Below are positions 8,306-17,398 of a stretch of DNA of 64,000 nt, one piece after another; within the stretch, counting starts at the first letter, position 1; the number at the start of each line of letters is the position of its first letter. Position numbers and translations under genes: made by a program. The notes beneath the pieces were generated by a model. The model had not been told where the DNA came from and ran no database searches. It saw only the letters and a list, made by a program, of their open reading frames with translations. Source of the DNA: an uncultured Bacteroidales bacterium (lineage in GTDB: Bacteria > Bacteroidota > Bacteroidia > Bacteroidales > UBA932); the NCBI GenBank assembly GCA_947303465.1, contig CAMYYI010000004.1, positions 7,903 to 71,902 on the forward strand. The letters run 5' to 3'.

Positions 8306-9717
8306 CTGGGTATAAATGTTTTAACGTTAAATGCCCTGGCTATCATGCTCCTCATTTCCCAGCGTTCTTTCACCAGCCCTGCCACTTTGGCCTGCATCAT
8401 TGCATTGCCTATGGCAGTGGCCTCGGTGGGGCCTGCTATCACCGGGATGCCGGTGGCGTCGGCTGTCCATTGGTTGAGGAGGTCGTTGGCGCTGCCGCCG
8501 CCGATTATGTGGAGTTTGTCTATGTGGAAGGGGGCGAAACCGCGCAGGCGCTCCAGCACTGCTGCGTAGCGTTCCGCCAGGGAATGGTAGATGCAGGAAA
8601 CGACGCAGGCGTCAAGATCCTGAGCATTTCTGTCATCCTTCGCTTCGCTCAGGATCTCCCTCACCATATTCTCCGGCGCGGCAAAGCGGGGGTCGTCCGG
8701 GTTAATGCGTCCCGGGAAGTCTTTCGCGGCCTGTGCCATCTCCATCAGTTCGGAATAGGAATAATCCTTTCCCTCCGCCTTCCAGACGGCCTTGCACTGC
8801 TCCAGGAGCCACATTCCGCATATGTTTTTGAGGAAGCGGGTCGTGCCCTCTATTCCGCCCTCGTTGGTGAAATTCTCCCTTGCGGACGCTTCGTTAACTA
8901 TAGGCGCCGGCACCTCTATACCCATCAGGCTCCAGGTGCCGCTGGACAGATAGGCAAAGTGTTCGTCGGCTGCGGGCACTGCGACTACGGCAGAAGCCGT
9001 GTCGTGTCCGGCCACCGCAATCACGGGAACGGGGCCGAGCCCGGTCTCCGCGGCCAGAGACGGCTTCAGCGGGCCCACGGGCGTGCCGGAGGGCACAATG
9101 GGCAGCAAAATATCGGTCCGTACCCCCAGCTCCTTCAGCAGCTCCCGGTCGAACTGCCTGGTGCCCTGGTCCATCATCCCGGAGGTGGAGGCGTCCGTGT
9201 ATTCGCACACCTGCCTGCCGGTGAGCATGTACGCCAGCAGATCAGGCATAAACAGCAGCGAGCCGGCGGCCGCCAGCGCCTTGTCTCCGGCCTTGGTCTG
9301 GGCGTACAGCTGGAAGATGGTGTTGAAGTCCATTATCTGTATCCCGGTGCGTGCGTAAAGCTCCTCCCGGGGGATGGTCTTGAACACCTTTGAAGGTATG
9401 CCGGAGGTATAAGGGTCGCGGTAGCAGCGCGGAAGGCCGGTCAGAGAGCCGTCCGGGCCCACGCATCCGAAGTCCACTCCCCAGGTGTCTATTCCTATGG
9501 AGTCCAACTTAATCCCTTCTGCGCCCAACTTTTTCAGGCACTCGACAAAATGGCCGTATATGGAGTTTACGTCCCAATACATACGGCCGTCTTTCCTGCA
9601 GATTTCGGAGGGGAAGCGGTACACCTCCTCTATGCTGAAGCTGCCGCCGCAGAAGCGGGCCAGCATTGCGCGTCCGGAAGTGGCGCCGCAGTCGAACGCC
9701 AGAAAGGAATGAGCCAT
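8302..9717 (-). CDS. rhaB: Rhamnulokinase
   Basis: FLAFDCGATSGR, SIGIDTWGVDFG, GHDTASAV, SSGTWSLMG, FTNEGG; true start MAHSFLAFD, just downstream of deoD. Confidence 0.92.
   Translation of the reverse strand: MAHSFLAFDCGATSGRAMLARFCGGSFSIEEVYRFPSEICRKDGRMYWDVNSIYGHFVECLKKLGAEGIKLDSIGIDTWGVDFGCVGPDGSLTGLPRCYRDPYTSGIPSKVFKTIPREELYARTGIQIMDFNTIFQLYAQTKAGDKALAAAGSLLFMPDLLAYMLTGRQVCEYTDASTSGMMDQGTRQFDRELLKELGVRTDILLPIVPSGTPVGPLKPSLAAETGLGPVPVIAVAGHDTASAVVAVPAADEHFAYLSSGTWSLMGIEVPAPIVNEASARENFTNEGGIEGTTRFLKNICGMWLLEQCKAVWKAEGKDYSYSELMEMAQAAKDFPGRINPDDPRFAAPENMVREILSEAKDDRNAQDLDACVVSCIYHSLAERYAAVLERLRGFAPFHIDKLHIIGGGSANDLLNQWTADATGIPVIAGPTEATAIGNAMMQAKVAGLVKERWEMRSMIARAFNVKTFIPR
8615..8657. repeat. 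REP-derived hairpin inside the rhaB coding sequence
   Basis: AGATCCTGAGC-ATTTCTGTCATCCTTCGCTTC-GCTCAGGATCT; shares words with the REPs at 4621 and 6968. Confidence 0.65.
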
Positions 9718-9719
9718 GG

Positions 9720-10427
9720 TTACAACAGCGACAGGGCCACGTCCATCATGCGGGTGAAGGTGGTGCGGCGCTGCTCGGAAGTGGTTTCTTCTCCGGTTAT
9801 TACGTTGTCGGACACGGTGCAGATGACCAGAGCCTTCTTGCCGGCCCTGGCAGCGTTCATATATAGAGCGGAAGCCTCCATTTCTACGCCCAGAACGCCC
9901 ATCTTTATCCATTTGTCTGCCTGCGGATGGTCGGAATAGAATACATCTGAGGACATTACGTTGCCCACCACGTAATCGTATCCCAGCTCTTCGCAGGTCT
10001 TTGCGGCCCTGGTTAGCAGGCCGTAGTCTGCGATGGGGGCGAAGGTGCCGGGCAGCTCGTACTGGGCCCCGTAGTTGGAGTCCGTGCATGCGCCCATGGC
10101 CAGGATGAGGTCGCCCAGCTTGAGACTTGTCTGGTATGCGCCTGCAGAGCCGATGCGTATTATGGTCTTGACGCCGTAGAAATTAAACAGTTCGTAGGTG
10201 TAGAGGCCTATGGAAGGGATGCCTATGCCATGGCCCATTATGCTGACTTTCTTGCCCTTGTAAGTGCCGGTGAAGCCCAGCATTCCGCGGACTTCATTGA
10301 AAAGCACGGCATCTTCCAGGTAATTCTCTGCCATGAATTTGGCGCGCAGCGGGTCGCCGGCCATGATGACGGTCTCGGCCACTTCTCCCTGCCTGGCGCC
10401 TATATGGGGTGTAGGAACCTTGCTCAT
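9720..10427 (-). CDS. deoD: Purine nucleoside phosphorylase (DeoD type)
   Basis: [39 protein letters not shown]. Confidence 0.95.
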   Translation of the reverse strand: MSKVPTPHIGARQGEVAETVIMAGDPLRAKFMAENYLEDAVLFNEVRGMLGFTGTYKGKKVSIMGHGIGIPSIGLYTYELFNFYGVKTIIRIGSAGAYQTSLKLGDLILAMGACTDSNYGAQYELPGTFAPIADYGLLTRAAKTCEELGYDYVVGNVMSSDVFYSDHPQADKWIKMGVLGVEMEASALYMNAARAGKKALVICTVSDNVITGEETTSEQRRTTFTRMMDVALSLL

Positions 10428-10439
10428 ATTACAGTAAAA

Positions 10440-11183
10440 CTAAAATACCCATTTTGTGCCCAGGCAGGGACGTGCATAAAAGCCGTCGTAGCCTGCGAAA
10501 TTCCAGGAAAGCTCCACTTCTCCGCCAATGTTCAGGTTGGGAACGCCTATGAACTGACCCACGTTGTACCATATCTGCGGCTCGGAGATGAAGACGAACT
10601 TGCGGGCCTTGTATGCGAGGGGATTGAGTTCCTCCGCCCAGTTGACCACGTTCTCTCCCCAGATATCGGCAAAGCCGCTGAACCTGAGGCCCTTGACTCC
10701 GAAGATGTCCTGCATTCCCCATACAAAGGTGAACTGTAGCGGGAGGTCGCTGCTGGCGTTACCGTTGAAGGTCTTGTAGAGCAGCTTGAAGTTGAAGGTG
10801 TTGCTGAAGTCCTTGTTGTGCAGGAAGTAATCCAGGCCGAAGAGGAAGTTCTGGTTGCCGAATCCCACGCCTCCGTTGTACTCTACGTGCAGGCTGAGGG
10901 GGGCGATAGCCGTGTCCTGCCAGAAGTTGAGGCAGCGGGCGATTTCCATGTAGCTGCCGCTCACACCCTTGTTGACGTCGTTGTTGTCCTTGTCGTTGAA
11001 GTCGTAATCTATGAAGAAGAAGGTGTTGCCCCAGTTGTCTGCATAGAAGCCTTCGAGGGTGGTTGTAAAGTGATTGCGGTTCTTCCCGAAATCGTAAAAA
11101 GTCTGGAAGTTGGTCTGGGCCTTTGCACCCTGGGCAAAGGCAAGCACCGCTACTGCGGCGGCGATGAACAGTTTCTTGGACAT
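10440..11183 (-). CDS. DUF5020 / Tsx-like nucleoside-specific outer-membrane channel
   Basis: Signal peptide; QTFYDFG, TTTLE, DNWGNTFFFIDYDF, FISEPQIWYN; terminal aromatic residue (KWVF); nucleoside-salvage context. Confidence 0.75.
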   Translation of the reverse strand: MSKKLFIAAAVAVLAFAQGAKAQTNFQTFYDFGKNRNHFTTTLEGFYADNWGNTFFFIDYDFNDKDNNDVNKGVSGSYMEIARCLNFWQDTAIAPLSLHVEYNGGVGFGNQNFLFGLDYFLHNKDFSNTFNFKLLYKTFNGNASSDLPLQFTFVWGMQDIFGVKGLRFSGFADIWGENVVNWAEELNPLAYKARKFVFISEPQIWYNVGQFIGVPNLNIGGEVELSWNFAGYDGFYARPCLGTKWVF

Positions 11184-11187
11184 ATTG

Positions 11188-11721
11188 TTATCTTTCTGAT
11201 AGACTGAGAATTGAAGCTACCGGTACCTCGTCTGGTATTGGGGCGATTCGGGGTACGTCGGTGATATCGATGATAAAATTGGCATACACGGCCTTGGGGC
11301 CGAAGCGTTTCACCAGCCTGATTGCTGCCGCCACGGTGCCGCCGGTGGCGAGTATGTCGTCGTGAATCAGCACCACGTCGCCGGGCTCAATGGCATCTGC
11401 ATGGATCTCGATGGTGTCTGTGCCGTATTCCTTGGAGTAAGACTCGCTGATGGCGGAGGCGGGCAACTTTCCTGGCTTGCGTATGGGCACGAACCCTGCG
11501 CCCAGCCTGGCAGCCACGGCCGCCCCGGCAATGAAGCCGCGGGACTCTATGCCAGCCACCTTGGTAATGCCCTTACCTGCATAAATCTCGCTGATGCGGT
11601 CTATTACCTCGGCAAACGCCTCGGGGTTCTTGAAAAGTGTGGTAACGTCGAAGAACTGTATGCCCTTCACGGGGAAGTCGGGAACTATGCGTATCGACTT
11701 TATGAGTTCAGCATCTGTCAT
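11188..11721 (-). CDS. apt: Adenine phosphoribosyltransferase
   Basis: PDFPVKGIQFFD, GIESRGF, RKPGKLP, HDDILATGGT. Confidence 0.95.
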   Translation of the reverse strand: MTDAELIKSIRIVPDFPVKGIQFFDVTTLFKNPEAFAEVIDRISEIYAGKGITKVAGIESRGFIAGAAVAARLGAGFVPIRKPGKLPASAISESYSKEYGTDTIEIHADAIEPGDVVLIHDDILATGGTVAAAIRLVKRFGPKAVYANFIIDITDVPRIAPIPDEVPVASILSLSER

Positions 11722-13079
11722 TTTTTCTTTCTCAGTGAGGGGTTGATTTCAAAGTCTATGGACATGTCACCCAGCTCGTTGGAACCGAATTCGTAGTCCT
11801 TTCCGGGCAGCACAGCATTGAGCACTATACCCACCAGGGCGGCAACGGCAAGGCCGGATAGTTTGGTGAAGCCCAGATCCAGGCAGCCGGACTGGCTGTA
11901 GGAGATGCCTATTGCAAGCACCAGTATGAGGGCCATGACTATAACGTTGCGGGCGGCCTTGAAGTCCACGTTGTTTTCCACTATGTTCCTGATACCCACC
12001 GCTGAGATCATACCGTAGAGCACCAGGGACACGCCTCCGATTACCGCCGCCGGCATGCATGCGATGATGGCCGAGAACTTGGGGCAGAAAGAGAGCACGA
12101 TCGCCAGGCATGCCGCGATGCGTATCACCCTGGGGTCGTACACTTTGGTAAGGTTGAGCACTCCGGTATTCTCGCCGTAGGTGGTGTTGGCGGGCGCTCC
12201 GAACAGGGAGGCGAGCGCCGTGGCAAGACCGTCGCCCATGAGCGTGCGGTGCAGGCCCGGGTCCTCCAGGTAATTGATGCCGGTGGTGGAGGAGATGGCG
12301 CACATGTCTCCGATGTGCTCCATCATGGTGGCCAGGGAGATAGGTATGATGGCGATGATGGCCGTAACAACCAGACCCCAGTTAGGGTCCTTGAGCACGG
12401 CGAAAGCGGTATTTTCCATCTTGAACGGAAGGCCCACCCAAGCTGCCTCCTTCACGGGAGTGAAGTCGCAGAGGCCGAAGCAGGCGGCAACGGTATAGCT
12501 GCCCAGCACGCCCAGCAGTATGGGGATGATCTTTATCATCTTCTTTCCCCAGATGTTGCAGACTATGATGATGGCGATGGCGAGGAGAGCTATCCACCAG
12601 TTCTGCGAGCAGTTGTTGATGGCGGAGCCGGACAGGGAGAGGCCAATGGCTATGATGATGGGACCTGTCACGATGGGCGGGAAGAAACGCATCACCTTCT
12701 TGGGCCCGAAAGCGGCGAACAGTCCGGCAAGCAAGAAATACATCAGACCGGCGAAGAACACGCCTATGCAGGCGTACGGGAGCGATGTGGCGGCATCCAG
12801 CCCCTGCGTCGCACCAATCTGCACTACGGTTGCATATCCGCCCAGGAAAGCGAAGGACGAGCCGAGGAAGGCCGGAACCTTGAGCTTGGTGAGCAGATGG
12901 AAAATGAGTGTGCCCACGCCTGCGAAGAGCAGGGTGGCGGACATGGAGAGTCCGGTGATGACAGGCACCAGCACGGTTGCTCCGAACATGGCGAACATGT
13001 GCTGTGCGCCGAGCGTAAACATCTTCCAGCGCCCGAGCGTCCGGGCGTCGTAGATACCTTGAATGGTTTCTGATGACAT
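11718..13079 (-). CDS. uraA: Uracil/xanthine permease (NCS2 family)
   Basis: QHMFAMFGATVLVP, FLGSSFAF, EHIGD, PANTTYGENTGV. Confidence 0.88.
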   Translation of the reverse strand: MSSETIQGIYDARTLGRWKMFTLGAQHMFAMFGATVLVPVITGLSMSATLLFAGVGTLIFHLLTKLKVPAFLGSSFAFLGGYATVVQIGATQGLDAATSLPYACIGVFFAGLMYFLLAGLFAAFGPKKVMRFFPPIVTGPIIIAIGLSLSGSAINNCSQNWWIALLAIAIIIVCNIWGKKMIKIIPILLGVLGSYTVAACFGLCDFTPVKEAAWVGLPFKMENTAFAVLKDPNWGLVVTAIIAIIPISLATMMEHIGDMCAISSTTGINYLEDPGLHRTLMGDGLATALASLFGAPANTTYGENTGVLNLTKVYDPRVIRIAACLAIVLSFCPKFSAIIACMPAAVIGGVSLVLYGMISAVGIRNIVENNVDFKAARNVIVMALILVLAIGISYSQSGCLDLGFTKLSGLAVAALVGIVLNAVLPGKDYEFGSNELGDMSIDFEINPSLRKKK

Positions 13080-13086
13080 ATTGCTG

Positions 13087-13962
13087 TTATTTGATAAGTT
13101 CGCGTATCTTGTCGCTTACGGCATCCGGCGACTGCAGGGAGCAGCGGGCGCACTCCTGGCCAAAGCGGGCGGCCTCCACGGCGGAGGCGTTCACTCCGGC
13201 ATGCACTATTCCGGCCAGCAGTGCGTCACCGGCGCCGGTGGCATTCACTATCCCGGTTACCGGCAGAGCCTCTATCTGCGTCTGTTCGCCGTCCTCGCGT
13301 ACCACCACTCCTTCCGAACCCATGCTCACATAGAGCCGCTGCACCTTGCTGTCGAAGCTGCCGTCCTGGGGGAGCAGCACATTGGCCTCCAGCCGGTTGC
13401 ATTTGACCGCGAACACCTTGTCGCCTCCCAGGCGGGTGGTGTGAAGGGCCTCGCGGAGCCGTGCTACTTTTGCAGACGAAACGGCGTCTATGTAAAGGGG
13501 CGGCAGGCAGCTGCCCACCAGGAAGCTCAGTGCGTCGGCGGGGATGTTGGCATCGGCCACCACAGCGTCCGCCTTGTTGATTCCGGGCAGGCGGCTCTCC
13601 AGCCATTCCGGGGTAATCAGTCCGGTTACGGCCATATCGGCCACGCCGCCCAGGAGCTCGCCGTCGGAACCGTTGAGGCTCACGAAGCAGGCGTTGCGTG
13701 CGCCGCGGCGGGTTTCGCTCATTGAGGTGTTTATGCCCAGGCGCTTGCAGCTGTCCTTCAGCATGCGCCCGAAGCCGTCGTCTCCGAAGATGGTAATCAG
13801 GCTCACGTCGTCTCCGAGCAGTGCCAGGTTGTGGGCGATATTGCGTCCTACGCCGCCGGGGGCTGTGCGTACCGTACCCGGATTGGAGTCTTTGGCCACG
13901 AATGGACCTGCCGTTGTGGCGCAGATGTCTATGTTGGCGCCGCCGATTACGATTATTTTCAT
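13087..13962 (-). CDS. psuK: PfkB-family kinase, probable pseudouridine kinase
   Basis: DSNPG...GGVGRNIAHNLALLG, NATGAGDA; divergent from psuG. Confidence 0.75.
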   Translation of the reverse strand: MKIIVIGGANIDICATTAGPFVAKDSNPGTVRTAPGGVGRNIAHNLALLGDDVSLITIFGDDGFGRMLKDSCKRLGINTSMSETRRGARNACFVSLNGSDGELLGGVADMAVTGLITPEWLESRLPGINKADAVVADANIPADALSFLVGSCLPPLYIDAVSSAKVARLREALHTTRLGGDKVFAVKCNRLEANVLLPQDGSFDSKVQRLYVSMGSEGVVVREDGEQTQIEALPVTGIVNATGAGDALLAGIVHAGVNASAVEAARFGQECARCSLQSPDAVSDKIRELIK

Positions 13963-13968
13963 AACTCA

Positions 13969-14006
13969 CAAATGTAAGAAAAAAACGCCAAAAAAACTTA
14001 TCTTTG
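13969..14006. promoter_or_regulatory. Divergent pair of TAnnTTTG promoter elements for psuK and psuG
   Basis: CAAATGTA (TACATTTG on minus) at 13969-13976 and TATCTTTG at 13999-14006. Confidence 0.65.
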
Positions 14007-14026
14007 CAGGTCAAGTTTTGTTAGGA

Positions 14027-15025
14027 ATGAACGAATATCTGGATATATCACCGGAGGTGCGCGAGGCGCTTCAGCAAGGGCGTCCCGTCGTTGCCCTGGA
14101 ATCTACCATAATCTCCCACGGCATGCCGTATCCGCAGAACGTGGAGACGGCGCTGAGGGTAGAGCAGACCATTCGCGACTGCGGCGCCGTTCCGGCGACC
14201 ATTGCCGTTATCGGTGGGCGCCTGAAGGCAGGTCTGACCAGGGCTGAGATAGAGCACCTCGGTTCCTGCGGACGAGCGGTGGCCAAAGCCTCGCGCCGCG
14301 ACCTTCCGGTGCTTGTGGCCCGCGGTCTCGACGGCGCCACTACTGTTACCACCACTATGATAATAGCTTCCATGGCCGGTATCAGGGTTTTTGCCACCGG
14401 AGGCATAGGCGGCGTGCACCGCGGCGCGGAGACCACCATGGACATATCCGCAGACCTGGAAGAGCTGGCGCGCACCCCCATGATGGTGGTTTGTGCGGGC
14501 GCCAAGAGCATCCTCGACCTCGGTCTCACTTTGGAATACCTTGAGACCAAGGGGGTGCCTGTGATAGGATACGGCACGGACGAGCTTCCGGCCTTCTACA
14601 CCCGCCGCAGCGGCTTCAAGGTGGATTACCGGGTGGATACTCCGGAGGAGCTTGCAGCTGCATTCCGCGCATCGCTGCAGATGGGACTGGGCGGCGGCAT
14701 GCTGGTCACCAACCCCATTCCTGAGGAGTACTCCATGGATCCGGACCGCATCAATACCGCTATAGACGAGGCGCTTGCAGAGGCGGCTCGGCTGGGTATC
14801 CGGGGCAAGGAGACCACGCCGTTCCTGCTCGCCCGCGTTGCAGAGATCACCGGCGGCGACTCTCTGGCCTCCAATATCCAGCTGGTGCTCAACAATGCCC
14901 GCCTCGCCGCCGCCGCGGCCGTCTGCCTGTCTTCGGTCGGTGACATTGCCGCTTCCGGTGGCTGTCCGATTGCTGCCGTGGCCGGCAAGTCGTTGACGGA
15001 TAATGAATTACGTAAAAACGATTAG
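14027..15025 (+). CDS. psuG: Pseudouridine-5'-phosphate glycosidase
   Basis: PVVALESTIISHGMPYPQN, GATTV, FATGGIGGVHRGA, DISADL, GKETTPFLL; start MNEYLDIS. Confidence 0.95.
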   Translation: MNEYLDISPEVREALQQGRPVVALESTIISHGMPYPQNVETALRVEQTIRDCGAVPATIAVIGGRLKAGLTRAEIEHLGSCGRAVAKASRRDLPVLVARGLDGATTVTTTMIIASMAGIRVFATGGIGGVHRGAETTMDISADLEELARTPMMVVCAGAKSILDLGLTLEYLETKGVPVIGYGTDELPAFYTRRSGFKVDYRVDTPEELAAAFRASLQMGLGGGMLVTNPIPEEYSMDPDRINTAIDEALAEAARLGIRGKETTPFLLARVAEITGGDSLASNIQLVLNNARLAAAAAVCLSSVGDIAASGGCPIAAVAGKSLTDNELRKND

Positions 15026-15076
15026 GTAAAACGACGCAATCGGTTTTGCATAACGCTTTATGAATCAATAGATTAC
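14986..15076. repeat. Second palindromic repeat family (AAAACCGATT...AATCGGTTTT) overlapping the psuG stop
   Basis: TTACGTAAAAACGATT-14 nt loop-AATCGGTTTTGCATAA; related copy inside ispE. Confidence 0.55.
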
Positions 15077-15089
15077 TCGGCACGCAAAA

Positions 15090-16556
15090 ATGGATGATCT
15101 GCTGAAAGACCTGGCGCAACAGGAGTATAAGGAAGGCTTCGTGACCGAAGTCGAGCAGGAGTATGTGCCCAAGGGTCTGAATGAGGACATAATCCGGCAG
15201 ATATCGGCACGCAAGGGGGAGCCGCAGTGGCTGCTCGACTTCCGCCTGGACGCTTTCCGCAAGTGGCAGGGGATGAAGGAGCCGCACTGGGGCCATCTGA
15301 AGTTGCCGAAGATTGACTATCAGGATATTATCTATTACGCGGCGCCGAAGAAGGACAGCGAACGGCCGACGGAAATCGACCCGGCCCTCATGGAGACCTT
15401 CGACAAGCTGGGCATACCCCTGAAGGAACGTGAGGTGCTGGCGGGAGTGAAGGGCAAGGAGTCGCTTTCCGGCGCCAGGGAGGTTGCCGTAGATGCGGTG
15501 TTCGACTCTGTGAGCGTTGCCACCACATTCCGTAAGACGCTGGCAGACAAGGGGATAATCTTCTGCTCCTTCTCCGAGGCGGTGCGTGAGCATCCGGAGC
15601 TGGTGCGCAAGTACCTGGCCACCGTGGTGCCGTCGGGCGACAATTTCTTCGCCGCCCTTAACTCGGCGGTCTTCTCCGACGGTTCCTTCTGCTACGTGCC
15701 CAAGGGGGTGGAGTGCCCCATGGAGCTGAGCAGCTACTTCCGCATCAACGCGGCCGGCACGGGGCAGTTCGAGCGTACGCTCATAGTGGCCGATGAGGGG
15801 GCGAAGCTCAGTTATATGGAGGGCTGCACGGCTCCCATGCGCGACGAGAACCAGCTGCATGCGGCGGTGGTGGAGATTATCGTGGAGAAGGATGCCGATG
15901 TAAAATACAGCACCGTGCAGAACTGGTATCCCGGAGATGCGCAGGGGCGCGGCGGTATACTTAACCTGGTGACCAAGAGGGGATTATGCAGGGGTGCCGG
16001 TTCGCATCTCAGCTGGACGCAGGTGGAGACGGGCTCTGCCGTCACATGGAAATATCCCAGTACCGTGCTGCTGGGCGACTACAGCTCGTCCGAATTCTAC
16101 TCCGTTGCCATGACCAACAACTACCAGCAGGCCGATACCGGCACCAAGATGATACACCTGGGGCGCGGAACCCGCAGCCGCATCGTGTCCAAAGGCATTT
16201 CCGCCGGGCATAGCGAGAACAGCTACCGGGGGCTCGTGAGAGTGAATCCGGGGGCCGTGGGAGCGCGCAACTTCAGCCAGTGCGACTCCCTGCTTATCGG
16301 TTCCAAGTGCGGCGCCCACACCTTCCCCGTAATCATGAACCGCTGCCCGCAGGCGGTGGTGGAGCATGAGGCCACCACCTCCAAGATCAGCGATGACCAG
16401 CTGTTCTACTGCGGCCAGAGGGGAATTGCGCCGGAAGATGCAACTGCTTTGATAGTAGGTGGTTACGCCAAGGAAGTGCTCAGTCGCCTGCCCATGGAAT
16501 TCGCAATCGAGGCCCAGAAACTGCTGGGCGTGTCTCTGGAGGGGGCTGTAGGATGA
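15090..16556 (+). CDS. sufB: Fe-S cluster assembly protein SufB
   Basis: [57 protein letters not shown]. Confidence 0.95.
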   Translation: MDDLLKDLAQQEYKEGFVTEVEQEYVPKGLNEDIIRQISARKGEPQWLLDFRLDAFRKWQGMKEPHWGHLKLPKIDYQDIIYYAAPKKDSERPTEIDPALMETFDKLGIPLKEREVLAGVKGKESLSGAREVAVDAVFDSVSVATTFRKTLADKGIIFCSFSEAVREHPELVRKYLATVVPSGDNFFAALNSAVFSDGSFCYVPKGVECPMELSSYFRINAAGTGQFERTLIVADEGAKLSYMEGCTAPMRDENQLHAAVVEIIVEKDADVKYSTVQNWYPGDAQGRGGILNLVTKRGLCRGAGSHLSWTQVETGSAVTWKYPSTVLLGDYSSSEFYSVAMTNNYQQADTGTKMIHLGRGTRSRIVSKGISAGHSENSYRGLVRVNPGAVGARNFSQCDSLLIGSKCGAHTFPVIMNRCPQAVVEHEATTSKISDDQLFYCGQRGIAPEDATALIVGGYAKEVLSRLPMEFAIEAQKLLGVSLEGAVG

Positions 16557-17152
16557 CTTGGGTAGAGATTGTTTCGGCCGTACTTGGGCTGTCCTGCGTA
16601 TTCCTTGCAGGACGCGGCTCCAAGTATAATTTCTGGGTAGGGTACGCCTACAATATCTTTTTGTTCGTGCTCTTCTGGCGGCAGCACCTTTACAGTGCCA
16701 TGCTGCTTCAGCCGGTGTCATTCGGAATCAATCTTTACGGGCACTGGCGATGGACGCACCCGCGCGAGGAAGAAAAGAACAGCGCCGGCGACCTGCGCAT
16801 AGGCCGCATGGACAAGTGGCAGTGGGTCAACGCCTTCACCGTGGTGGTCCTGGGCGGCATCCTTTGGGCCAAGGCGCTGCAATGGCTGCCCGAAAGATGG
16901 CCGGGCGTCTTCGAGCCCGACCCCTCACCCTGGCTCGATTCATTTATCCTCATGGTCACCCTGCTGGCCCAGTTCCTCAGCGCCCGCAAGTGCTGGGAGT
17001 GCTGGATAATGTGGATGATAGTAAATATTGCCAACATAGTCCTTTACATCAGTGCCGGACTCTACGTCATGCCGCTCGTCAGCGCCCTCTACCTCGCCAA
17101 CGGCATCTGGTCCCTCATCAGCTGGAAGCGAAAGCTAAAACGGAACGAGTAG
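16553..17152 (+). CDS. pnuC: PnuC-family nucleoside/vitamin transporter
   Basis: Multi-pass membrane protein; [30 protein letters not shown]. Confidence 0.8.
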   Translation: MTWVEIVSAVLGLSCVFLAGRGSKYNFWVGYAYNIFLFVLFWRQHLYSAMLLQPVSFGINLYGHWRWTHPREEEKNSAGDLRIGRMDKWQWVNAFTVVVLGGILWAKALQWLPERWPGVFEPDPSPWLDSFILMVTLLAQFLSARKCWECWIMWMIVNIANIVLYISAGLYVMPLVSALYLANGIWSLISWKRKLKRNE

Positions 17153-17251
17153 GGTTTCGTTTTTCGTTTCTGTTACGGTTTTTTTGGAGATTTTGAAAAT
17201 TCTTCACATCTTTGCCGGCTATCCATTGCTAATTTAATGTATTGCAACATA

Positions 17252-17398
17252 ATGAATAACGAATTTTTATCAAGGTGGGGGGGGGTAGAAACATACACCT
17301 CTCCTGAGTGCGTTTCGTATGCACTTTGTACTAAACACGGGTACCTTCTGGACGTGTCTACTCAGGATGTTGAAGAAGAGGAAAACGACTGGAACTAA
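17252..17398 (+). CDS. 48-aa micro-ORF coupled to adhesin 1 (contains G9 tract)
   Basis: MNNEFLSRWGGVETYTSPECVSYALCTKHGYLLDVSTQDVEEEENDWN*; TAATG overlap with the next start; paralogs at 23203 and 46713. Confidence 0.7.
   Translation: MNNEFLSRWGGVETYTSPECVSYALCTKHGYLLDVSTQDVEEEENDWN

Noticed and set aside
9718..10089. N-terminal extension of the 595-aa rhaB ORF
   Set aside because: Overlaps deoD in another frame; kinase similarity starts at MAHSFLAFD (9717)
13544..14026. Extension of the 493-aa psuG ORF
   Set aside because: Antisense to psuK and crosses the divergent promoter; PsuG similarity starts at 14027
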